From Pyrococcus yayanosii CH1 (GTDB lineage Archaea; Methanobacteriota_B; Thermococci; Thermococcales; Thermococcaceae): 32,000 nt of DNA. The position numbers were made by a program, and so were the translations under genes. Shown here one piece after another: positions 25,143-32,000 of the stretch; position 1 is the stretch's first letter; each line of letters opens with the position of its first letter. The notes beneath the pieces were generated by a model. That model searched no databases. It was not told the origin of the DNA and saw nothing but the letters and a program-made list of their open reading frames with translations. The stretch spans positions 1,283,160-1,315,159 of the forward strand of contig NC_015680.1 of the NCBI RefSeq assembly GCF_000215995.1. The letters are read 5' to 3'.

Positions 25143-25742
25143 TCAAGCGGCTTCGGGCTCTGCCAAGACCTTTATTTTCCTTATCTCGGCCCTCTTGAGC
25201 GGGTATATCTTCTTAGCTTCCCTGGCTATCTCCTCGGCCATCTTGCCAGTCACGGCCTCGAGGATGAAGTCCTTGAAGTTAAGCTCCTCAGCCTTTCTGT
25301 AGATAATTTCCTGCATTATCTTCCTGATGGCCCTCTCCTGGCTGGTCTGGATGCGGCGCATGGCTATTGCCATACCCATAACACGGAGCTTGTAGCCGTC
25401 TTTAGTTGTGATGTTGAATATGCCGTCTATCCTCGTGGTCCTCCTCCTAACGAGGCTCCTTATGTAGCTCCTAGCGAGCTTGTGGCCCTTGAACTTGGTG
25501 TAGGCGTTCTGGCCCTTGACGTCGTAGACCTGGAAGTACAGCTTGACGTGGCCCTTGGTGAAGTCTCCCGTGAGATCCTTAAGGGTCACCTCGACGACCC
25601 TACCTATGACCTTCTCGGGATCGTCGGCTGGCGTGAGCCCTATCTCTTGCCCCCCGAAGAAGTCAGGGGCGTAGATTATGTACCACTGCTTGAGCTTCCA
25701 CTTATCTCTCGTGGCACCAGCCTTCCTCCTAGGCTTCGCCAT
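25143..25742 (-). CDS. rps3ae: 30S ribosomal protein S3Ae (eS1)
   Basis: 199 aa starting [31 protein letters not shown], a typical archaeal S3Ae N-terminus. Confidence 0.9.
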   Translation of the reverse strand: MAKPRRKAGATRDKWKLKQWYIIYAPDFFGGQEIGLTPADDPEKVIGRVVEVTLKDLTGDFTKGHVKLYFQVYDVKGQNAYTKFKGHKLARSYIRSLVRRRTTRIDGIFNITTKDGYKLRVMGMAIAMRRIQTSQERAIRKIMQEIIYRKAEELNFKDFILEAVTGKMAEEIAREAKKIYPLKRAEIRKIKVLAEPEAA

Positions 25743-25993
25743 TACAACACCTCCTCCGCAACCTTGATCGCGAACACCAAATCGTCTAAAGCCGCTATGA
25801 GGGTCTCAATCTCCCCGCGGTATTTAACCTTTGTTATTACCCTCCCCCCTTCGGAACGCGTCTTCAAATTTAAATTTTTCCTTAATCCCTCCGGAAGGGA
25901 TGCGTTATCAACATCGATGGCCCTCGCTATCGCCCTCGCCCTTTCAGCATCGCCGTACTCCCAGACCAACTCAACCTCGGCCCTTATCTCCAT
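25742..25993 (-). CDS. pcc1: KEOPS complex subunit Pcc1
   Basis: ORF 25742..26014. The sequence [30 protein letters not shown]...[32 protein letters not shown] fits the small Pcc1/CTAG fold family. The start (25993 versus 26014) is uncertain. Its TAA overlaps the rps3ae ATG by 1 nt. Confidence 0.65.
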   Translation of the reverse strand: MEIRAEVELVWEYGDAERARAIARAIDVDNASLPEGLRKNLNLKTRSEGGRVITKVKYRGEIETLIAALDDLVFAIKVAEEVL

Positions 25994-27404
25994 GAGCCCC
26001 CACCTGCTCTCCAAGTAGCCTGTCTATGAGCTCTTGAAACTCCTCAAGCTTATCCTTGGGAAACCTTATACCCGCCGCTATGGCGTGGCCTCCCCCTTCC
26101 CCACCAAGGATCTCAGCGGCCTTCCTAAGGGCTTCCCCTAAGTGATATCCCTTCGCTAAGGCCCTCTCCGTCGTCCTGGCTGAGCCCTTCATGAGTTCTT
26201 CATTCTCCTCGCTGTCCGCTAAAACTATTACCGGCTTCTCCGGGTCGGCGAGACCAGCGTTTATGGCCATGCTGGCGGCTATCCCGACGAGAGTATCCTT
26301 TATGGCCTTGCCAGCGTAGAGGACATAGACGTGCTCGCCTTCCCAGAGGAGGGACTCCCAGTTCTGTATCAGGTACTTCCTAGCCTCTATCTGCTCCCTC
26401 TTGTAGTCCTCAACGAGCTTGAGGGCCCTCTTGAAGGCGTTCTCATCCCCGAAGCAGACGGCGACGCCGAGCGTCCCGGCGTTGAGCCTGCCAGTCGCGT
26501 TCAGGAGTGTTGCAAATTCACGGGCCTCATGCCTTGGGTCTCCTTCGGGATATATTGTTATCAGAACGACATCGCCTATCAGCCTGTCAACGTCCTCCTT
26601 CGTGGCCCCATGCTTGAGTAAGTGAATGACAAGGAGGTCGTGGAGCCTCTTCTTCTCCTCCTCGCGCAGTTGCCAGTACTTTACGTCGGGATCAAAGCCC
26701 TTGCTCCTGAGCCACTCTATGGCTTTTCTCTCGTCGCCCGTTATCTCCGGGAGCTCCGGATTCGTAGCGTAGGCTAGCATCTGATAGAGAGGCCGGCTTT
26801 CTCTCCCAAAAAGCCTCAATTCCTTCCTCACTTCGACTATACTAAGAGCCTTCCCGTCCTCGATTATATCGAGGTTCATGCCATGAAACACGCCGTCGTT
26901 CTCCTGCATGTCTCCAACAGCCCCCACAAGAGCCAAGTAGCTGAGATCTCTGTTTTTCCGGTTTATTTCTCTCGCTATAAAGTAGGCGACACCCGAACCG
27001 CTTAGATCGCGGACACTGTTGGCCCCGAAGGGGACAGGGTTTACGAGGACGTGTCCATCGGGCAGTTCCCCGTCCTCAGGGGGGTGATGGTCCGCTATGA
27101 TCACTGTCCTGTCCCCGAGATGCTCTCTTATGAGGTTCAGGGAACCGCTCCCAAGGTCGCTGAAGACGTATATCCTGTAGTCTTCCTCCCTCAGCTCCCT
27201 TATGAGCTCCTCACTTACCTGTTTGATTATGCTGAGGTGGAACTTGCCGCCCTCCCTCGCGACGGCCTTCGCGAGGATAGCCCCCGCGGTTATCCCATCG
27301 GCATCGCGGTGGGAGATAATCCTGATGGTGTGTTCTAGCTCCACATGCATCTTTATTAGCTCGGCACCCTCCCGGGCCCTCTCCAAAAAGGCATTCTTGT
27401 CCAT
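25971..27404 (-). CDS. recJ: RecJ-like DHH/DHHA1 exonuclease (GINS-associated nuclease GAN / archaeal Cdc45-RecJ homolog)
   Basis: 477 aa with DHH-family motifs [24 protein letters not shown] and GGGHAIAAG. Confidence 0.85.
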   Translation of the reverse strand: MDKNAFLERAREGAELIKMHVELEHTIRIISHRDADGITAGAILAKAVAREGGKFHLSIIKQVSEELIRELREEDYRIYVFSDLGSGSLNLIREHLGDRTVIIADHHPPEDGELPDGHVLVNPVPFGANSVRDLSGSGVAYFIAREINRKNRDLSYLALVGAVGDMQENDGVFHGMNLDIIEDGKALSIVEVRKELRLFGRESRPLYQMLAYATNPELPEITGDERKAIEWLRSKGFDPDVKYWQLREEEKKRLHDLLVIHLLKHGATKEDVDRLIGDVVLITIYPEGDPRHEAREFATLLNATGRLNAGTLGVAVCFGDENAFKRALKLVEDYKREQIEARKYLIQNWESLLWEGEHVYVLYAGKAIKDTLVGIAASMAINAGLADPEKPVIVLADSEENEELMKGSARTTERALAKGYHLGEALRKAAEILGGEGGGHAIAAGIRFPKDKLEEFQELIDRLLGEQVGAHGDKGRG

Positions 27405-27431
27405 CCTACCACCTTAATAAGAAGGAGAGAA

Positions 27432-27908
27432 TCAGCGAACGAGGAGCTTGGCCTGCTCCGGGTCGTAGCGCCAGTCCTTCGGAAGCTTGCCCTTCCTGCG
27501 GTAGTACTTGACGAGCCTCCTTATCTTGCTCTCGATGAGCTGGAGACCGCGCATAGAGTGTAAATCCTTGGGGTGCTGCTCCAAGTGCTTCCTCAGGTTG
27601 ACGGCCCTCTTGATGAGGAACATGAGATCCTCGGGTATTTCGGGGGCGAGGCCGTGCTTCTCGAGGATCCTCGTTATGGTAAGGTTCCTGTTGGGGTTGT
27701 CCGGGTCCTTGAAGAGCTTGACGCTCGGGATGCCGTACTGGTCCCTGAGTATCGTCCCTATCATCGCCGTGCTGTAGCCCTCTTTCCTGAGCTTGACGAC
27801 GAGGTTCTCAATTTCCTCGACGGTATACTCGAGCCATATGGGCGGGGCCGTCCTTGGGGGTCTCTTGGAACCACTCCTACCCCTCTTCCTCGCGTGCATC
27901 CTCGCCAT
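27432..27908 (-). CDS. rps15: 30S ribosomal protein S15 (uS15)
   Basis: ORF 27432..28091. The true start is the ATG at 27906-27908 ([18 protein letters not shown]...) after GGAGGTGG. The upstream extension is Pro/Gly-rich junk that overlaps the divergent promoter. Confidence 0.9.
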   Translation of the reverse strand: MARMHARKRGRSGSKRPPRTAPPIWLEYTVEEIENLVVKLRKEGYSTAMIGTILRDQYGIPSVKLFKDPDNPNRNLTITRILEKHGLAPEIPEDLMFLIKRAVNLRKHLEQHPKDLHSMRGLQLIESKIRRLVKYYRRKGKLPKDWRYDPEQAKLLVR

Positions 27909-28037
27909 GCAACCACCTCCTGGTGACGGCCAGCCCAGGCCAGCCGTCCCTCCACCTCCCGGTTGAGGGGAGCATTTAAAAGGTTTGCGGGACCAAGCTT
28001 TTTTAAGATCCTTGCGAGCCTCCATTGGGGTGGGCGG

Positions 28038-28538
28038 ATGAAGATACTGTGGGCGCCGTGGCGAATTGAATACATCAGGGCCCCAAAGCACGAAGGGTGC
28101 ATATTCTGCGACTTTCCAAAGGAGAACAGGGACAGGGAGCGGTTAATTCTGTATAGGGGGAAGCACGCCTTTGTCATAATGAACAACTACCCTTACAACC
28201 CAGGCCACGTCATGGTGGCCCCCTATAGGCACGTGGGGAACCTCGAGGAGCTGACGGATGAAGAACTGCTAGAGATCATGAAGCTGGCCCAGCTCATGAT
28301 AAAGGCCATAAAGAAGGTCATGAGACCAGACGGCTTCAACCTTGGATTTAATATAGGCAGGGTTGCAGGAGCGGGCATAGACGGCCACATCCACCTGCAC
28401 ATCGTCCCGAGGTGGAACGGGGATACAAACTTCATGCCAGTCATTGCGGACACAAAGGTAATCCCCGAGTCCCTCGAAGAAGCCTACGATGATATTAAGA
28501 GAGCAATAGAGGAGATCGAAAATGCTGAGCGAGAGTGA
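28038..28538 (+). CDS. HIT (histidine triad) family nucleotide hydrolase/transferase
   Basis: ORF 27963..28538. I prefer the ATG at 28038 ([13 protein letters not shown]...). The histidine triad [11 protein letters not shown] is present, and a TATA-like ATTTAAAA lies upstream near 27974. Confidence 0.8.
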   Translation: MKILWAPWRIEYIRAPKHEGCIFCDFPKENRDRERLILYRGKHAFVIMNNYPYNPGHVMVAPYRHVGNLEELTDEELLEIMKLAQLMIKAIKKVMRPDGFNLGFNIGRVAGAGIDGHIHLHIVPRWNGDTNFMPVIADTKVIPESLEEAYDDIKRAIEEIENAERE

Positions 28539-29214
28539 ACTTGAAAGGTACGACAGGCAGATAAGGATATTCGGCGTCGAAGGTCAGGAGAGACTGAAGA
28601 AGGCCAAGGTTGCCGTTGTAGGCGTGGGGGGGCTAGGAAGTCCCGTCGCTTACTATTTGACCGCGGCCGGCGTGGGAAGGCTACTCCTCGTGGACGAGCA
28701 GATGCCCGAGCTCAGCAACCTCAACAGGCAGATACTCCACTGGGAGGAGGATGTGGGGAAAAGGCCAAAGGCACTCTCGGCTAAGTGGAAGCTGGAGCGG
28801 TTTAATTCTGATGTTAAGGTAGACACCTTCGTAGGCCGCTTGACTGGAGAAAACATCGACGAGGTTCTCAAGGATGTTGACATCGTCGTGGATTGCCTCG
28901 ACAACTTCGAAACGAGATACCTTCTCGACGACTTCGTCCACAGGAAGGGCATTCCCTTGGTTCACGGGGCCGTTGAAGGACTCTACGGTCAGGTGACGAC
29001 GATAATCCCGGGGAAAACAAGGAGGCTAAGGGAAATATTTCCGAGGGTTTCGGGGAAAAGAACCTTCCCAATTCTAGGAGCCACCGCGGGCGTCGTTGGA
29101 AGCATACAGGCCGCCGAGGTCGTCAAGCTAATAACGGGCCATGGCGAGCCACTCATTAACAAGCTATTGATAATAGACCTGGCCCACAACACCATCGAAG
29201 TCCTGAATATTTAG
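28522..29214 (+). CDS. ThiF/MoeB/HesA-family E1-like adenylyltransferase
   Basis: 230 aa with [12 protein letters not shown] and the nucleotide-binding [23 protein letters not shown]...LVD. It overlaps the HIT gene by 17 nt. Confidence 0.8.
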   Translation: MLSESELERYDRQIRIFGVEGQERLKKAKVAVVGVGGLGSPVAYYLTAAGVGRLLLVDEQMPELSNLNRQILHWEEDVGKRPKALSAKWKLERFNSDVKVDTFVGRLTGENIDEVLKDVDIVVDCLDNFETRYLLDDFVHRKGIPLVHGAVEGLYGQVTTIIPGKTRRLREIFPRVSGKRTFPILGATAGVVGSIQAAEVVKLITGHGEPLINKLLIIDLAHNTIEVLNI

Positions 29215-29276
29215 CTCAGCCACTCTGGGGGCAATCATCCCCGGAGGGTCAGCATTGGATTCAGTCATCATAGCCC
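29214..29276 (-). ncRNA. Candidate box C/D sRNA
   Basis: The minus strand reads GGGCT-ATGATGA-CTGAATCCAATG-CTGA-CCCTCCGGGG-ATGATTG-CCCCCAGAGTGG-CTGA-GC. The C box (29265-29271) and D box (29216-29219) are consensus. D' CTGA lies exactly 12 nt after C, and the D box lies exactly 12 nt after a degenerate C'. The 10-nt D'-C' spacer is longer than typical, and the terminal stem is poor. Confidence 0.55.
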
Positions 29277-29533
29277 AGAAAATTTGGAAGACATGAGGTT
29301 ATAAGCTTCGTGGCCCGCACCCCTGTTTTTCCTGCAAGATTCAGTAGACTATGCAATTGGGCTCACAACGCAGAAAAGCCCTTTATCACAGTCATGTCAA
29401 ACGGGGCCAAGGGCCCCACTGATTTTAGCCACAGCGGCGACAGTTTTATCTGATTTTACGCGGGAGGTATTGGGGAAGACTATTCTTATAAAATTTTCGG
29501 TCAAAAATTGGAAAAACAGCGACGGACCAAACC

Positions 29534-29541
29534 TTTATATA
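29534..29541 (+). promoter_or_regulatory. TATA box (TTTATATA) for the SRP RNA gene
   Basis: TTTATATA ends 24 nt upstream of the inferred SRP RNA 5' end at 29565, the canonical archaeal spacing. Confidence 0.6.
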
Positions 29542-29564
29542 TCGGGACCACTAAGGAACCTTTT

Positions 29565-29885
29565 GGCGGCGGGCTAGGCCGGGGGGTTCGGCGTCCCCTG
29601 TAACCGGAAACCGCCGATATGCCGGGGCCGAAGCCCGAGGGGCGGTTCCCGAAGCCGCCCTCGGAAGCCGGGGCCAAACGATGAGTCCTCGTCCCGCGGG
29701 GTGCCCGGTGGGGGAGGCGTGGCTGAAGGGCCACGCTAACCCCCTTTGGGCCCTGAACCCCGCCAGGCCCGGAAGGGAGCAGCGGTAGGGGCCACGGTGC
29801 ACGCTCGCGGGGGTGCGGGGATGAGGGAGGCCCCGGTGGAGGGGGGCGGTGGAGGGTTCCCACCCTTGGGCGCGCCCGCCGCCGC
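29565..29885 (+). ncRNA. Signal recognition particle RNA (7S / SRP RNA)
   Basis: A very GC-rich, roughly 320-nt block with no credible ORF. The 5' GGCGGCGGGC pairs with the 3' GCCCGCCGCC (29874-29883). The conserved helix-8 core CCAGGCCCGGAAGGGAGCAGCGG (about 29763-29785) matches the universal SRP RNA domain IV (GGAA tetraloop plus AGCA). The gene is followed by a T-rich CTTTTCT tract. Confidence 0.85.
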
Positions 29886-29951
29886 TAAACTTTTCTACGA
29901 TGAGGTCAACGCTTTTATACCATCTCTTCGATAAGGAAGCAGGTGGTCGTT

Positions 29952-31160
29952 ATGAAAGCGTTTATAGCCGAGAACGTTCGAGGCATCTACGCCTTCGACG
30001 AGGACGGCAAGCTCATCGCCAAGAGATTCTTCACAGAGAGCCCGGAGAAGGTCCTTGACAAGCTTCTAACCGGGGAGCTAACCGAGGACCTGAAAGCCCT
30101 CCTTCAGGAGCTAAGGAAGAAGGGCTACGACGAGTTTATCTTTGAGCATTCAGAGCTCAGCAGGAAAGCGAAGGAGCTCGGCTACAACGCGAGCAGTGAG
30201 TTCCCAAACCTCGCGGGCGAAAGGCTCCGCTCGAACCCTGAGGAGTTCCTCGGTGAGGACTGGTTTGACACCTACTACAGAGTTGGCGTGGCTCTGACAA
30301 GGCTCAGGATACAGGAGCAAAGCGGCGCAAGGGACAAGATGGTAATCCAAGCCATAGAGGCTCTGGACGACCTTGACAAGGTCATAAACCTGCTCGTGTC
30401 GAGGCTCAGGGAGTGGTACAGCCTCCACTTCCCGGAGCTCGATGAAATACTTCCAAGGCACCCACAGTATGTGGCCTTCGTTAAGGCCGTTGGGCACAGG
30501 GACAACGTTAGCGAGGAGAAGCTTGAGGAGCTCGGTCTGAGCGAGGATAAGATTAGGAAGATACTTGAAGCTAAGGAGAAAACGATGGGTGCCTGGATGG
30601 ACGAGACGGATATAAGAGTTATCCAGCACTTCGCCGAGGAGATAGACAGGCTTTACAAGCTCAGGAAGGAGATAGAGGATTACATAGACAGGGCGATGGA
30701 CGATGTAGCGCCGAACCTCAAGGCCCTCGTCGGTGCAAAGCTTGCAGCTAGGCTAATAAGCCTCGCCGGAGGGCTGAAGGAGCTCGCCATGATGCCGTCC
30801 TCCACCATCCAGGTGCTTGGAGCAGAAAAAGCCCTCTTCAGACACCTGAGGACAGGAGCGAAGCCGCCAAAGCACGGTGTCATCTACCAGTACCCAGCGA
30901 TAAACCGCTCGCCTTGGTGGCAGAGGGGTAAGATTGCCAGAGCTTTGGCAGGAAAGCTCGCAATCGCCGCCAGAGTCGACTATTTCTCCGGCGAATACAT
31001 AGCCGAGGAGCTCAAGAAGGAGCTTGAGGCCAGGATTAGGGAGATTAAGGAGAAGTATCCAAGGCCGCCCAAGAGGAAAGCCGAGCCAAGGAGGTTCAAG
31101 AAGAAAAAGAAGAAGGAAAAGAAGAAAAAGAAGGGCAAGGAGAAGAGGGGTAGGAGGTGA
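29952..31160 (+). CDS. nop5: C/D box sRNP core protein Nop5 (Nop56/58 homolog)
   Basis: ORF 29943..31160. I prefer the ATG at 29952 after GGTGGT ([21 protein letters not shown]...). The NOSIC/Nop domain [24 protein letters not shown] and a KKE-type lysine-rich tail are present. Confidence 0.9.
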   Translation: MKAFIAENVRGIYAFDEDGKLIAKRFFTESPEKVLDKLLTGELTEDLKALLQELRKKGYDEFIFEHSELSRKAKELGYNASSEFPNLAGERLRSNPEEFLGEDWFDTYYRVGVALTRLRIQEQSGARDKMVIQAIEALDDLDKVINLLVSRLREWYSLHFPELDEILPRHPQYVAFVKAVGHRDNVSEEKLEELGLSEDKIRKILEAKEKTMGAWMDETDIRVIQHFAEEIDRLYKLRKEIEDYIDRAMDDVAPNLKALVGAKLAARLISLAGGLKELAMMPSSTIQVLGAEKALFRHLRTGAKPPKHGVIYQYPAINRSPWWQRGKIARALAGKLAIAARVDYFSGEYIAEELKKELEARIREIKEKYPRPPKRKAEPRRFKKKKKKEKKKKKGKEKRGRR

Positions 31161-31165
31161 AAGAC

Positions 31166-31849
31166 ATGGTGGAAATTAAGAAGCACAAGTTTTCCGGGGT
31201 CTACACGGTCATCGATGATGATGGAAGCGAGAAGATAGCCACGAAGAACCTCGTCCCCGGCCAGAGGGTTTACGGAGAGAGAATAATCAAGTGGGAGGGC
31301 GAGGAGTACAGGATATGGAACCCACACCGCTCCAAGCTCGGGGCCGCGATAATGAACGGTCTGAGAAACTTCCCGATAAGGCCCGGCAGGAGCGTTCTCT
31401 ATCTGGGCATAGCGAGTGGAACTACAGCTTCACACGTCAGCGATATAGTGGGCTGGGAAGGTAAGATATTTGGAATCGAGTTCTCACCGAGGGTTCTTAG
31501 GGAGCTTGTGCCCATAGTCGAGGAGCGGAGGAACATAATCCCAATCCTTGGCGACGCCACGAAGCCTGAGGAATATAGGGCTCTTGTAACGAAGGTAGAC
31601 GTCATCTTCGAGGACGTGGCACAGCCCACGCAGGCCAAGATACTTATCGACAACGCCGAGGCCTTTCTAAAGAGGGGAGGCTACGGCATGATAGCCGTGA
31701 AGAGCAGGAGCATAGACGTCACCAAGGAGCCCGAGGAAGTCTTCAGGGAGGTCGAAAGGGAGCTTGGTGAGTACTTCGAGGTCGTTGAGAGGCTAAACCT
31801 CGAACCCTACGAGAAGGATCACGCCCTCTTCGTCGTGAGGAAGCATTGA
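31166..31849 (+). CDS. flpA: Fibrillarin-like rRNA/tRNA 2'-O-methyltransferase
   Basis: ORF 31157..31849. I prefer the ATG at 31166 after GGAGGTGA ([15 protein letters not shown]...). The SAM-binding [17 protein letters not shown] and the conserved pairing downstream of nop5 support the call. Confidence 0.9.
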   Translation: MVEIKKHKFSGVYTVIDDDGSEKIATKNLVPGQRVYGERIIKWEGEEYRIWNPHRSKLGAAIMNGLRNFPIRPGRSVLYLGIASGTTASHVSDIVGWEGKIFGIEFSPRVLRELVPIVEERRNIIPILGDATKPEEYRALVTKVDVIFEDVAQPTQAKILIDNAEAFLKRGGYGMIAVKSRSIDVTKEPEEVFREVERELGEYFEVVERLNLEPYEKDHALFVVRKH

Positions 31850-31880
31850 TCCTAACCTTTCCATTTTTGGAGGCCCCCTC

Positions 31881-32000
31881 ATGATTTCAATCATCGTGCC
31901 TACCTACAACGAGCGCGACAACCTAGAAGAGCTCTTCTCTCGCATAGATAAAGCTCTGGCGGACAGGGAGTATGAGATAATAGTCGTCGATGACGACTCC
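31881..32000 (+). CDS. GT2 family glycosyltransferase (dolichyl-phosphate mannose synthase-like), 5' fragment running off the window
   Basis: My translation from the ATG at 31881 reads MISIIVPTYNERDNLEELFSRIDKALADREYEIIVVDDDS, a typical GT-A/GT2 N-terminus with the DxD-type VVDDDS. Confidence 0.7.
   Translation, partial: MISIIVPTYNERDNLEELFSRIDKALADREYEIIVVDDDS

Noticed and set aside
25482-26018. 178-aa plus-strand ORF antisense to rps3ae/pcc1
   Set aside because: It sits opposite a ribosomal protein gene and Pcc1, and its composition is typical of an antisense artefact.
27909-28186. N-terminal extension of the S15 ORF (to 28091) and the 141-aa minus ORF 27761..28186
   Set aside because: S15 clearly starts at [10 protein letters not shown] with a GGAGGTGG SD. 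The extensions run through the divergent HIT promoter and gene.
29501-30058. Five Pro/Gly/Arg-rich ORFs (62-120 aa) on both strands
   Set aside because: They are explained by the GC-rich SRP RNA gene. They have no SD or plausible starts, and the last one also overlaps nop5 out of frame.
31084-31150. Purine-only AAG/GAA-rich low-complexity tract
   Set aside because: It encodes the lysine-rich KKE tail characteristic of Nop5/Nop56/58 and is not a repeat element.
1-32000. Search for CRISPR arrays, tRNA/rRNA genes, transposases, integrases and terminal inverted repeats flanking the two AT-rich islands
   Set aside because: I saw no regularly spaced direct repeats, no cloverleaf-like or T-loop (GGTTCGAATCC-type) sequences, no recombinase-like ORFs and no matching direct repeats at the island borders. 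The islands are therefore not called as mobile elements.

Overview
The gene content points to a Thermococcales-type (Thermococcus/Pyrococcus-like) archaeal chromosome: GAN/RecJ, Pcc1, S3Ae, S15, Nop5-fibrillarin, archaeal class I FBP aldolase, PEP synthase with a poly-Glu tail, GGTGA-type Shine-Dalgarno sites and TTTATA/TTATAA TATA boxes. All calls come from reading the sequence and ORF translations and recognising family motifs; no database search was run.

Most of the window is densely packed housekeeping genes, often with overlapping stop/start codons. The ORF track cannot show the RNA genes. I find a clear SRP (7S) RNA at about 29565-29885. I also find up to three candidate box C/D sRNAs: one next to the SRP RNA and nop5-flpA locus, and two back to back between fba and a small ORF.

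Two visibly AT-rich accessory islands interrupt the core.

- Island 1 (about 1600-5850) encodes only uncharacterised secreted or surface proteins. Its two operons share a roughly 220-bp, about 90% identical module containing a terminator-like hairpin, a TATA box, a palindrome, an SD and the start of a signal peptide.
- Island 2 (about 8150-11330) is a surface-protein plus ABC-type transporter cluster that looks decayed. The ABC ATPase is broken by a perfect 14-bp tandem duplication, and two upstream genes look frameshifted.

Other points of interest:

- tandem GTTCAC-N3-GTGAAC palindromes in front of an archaeal-type ATPase
- a translationally overlapped HIT / E1-like pair
- an overlapped ArsR / MazG pair
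- a radical SAM enzyme with Cx8Cx2C spacing
- a tandem pair of paralogous Wzy-like membrane proteins in a four-gene envelope operon

I found no CRISPR array, tRNA, rRNA or recognisable transposase.
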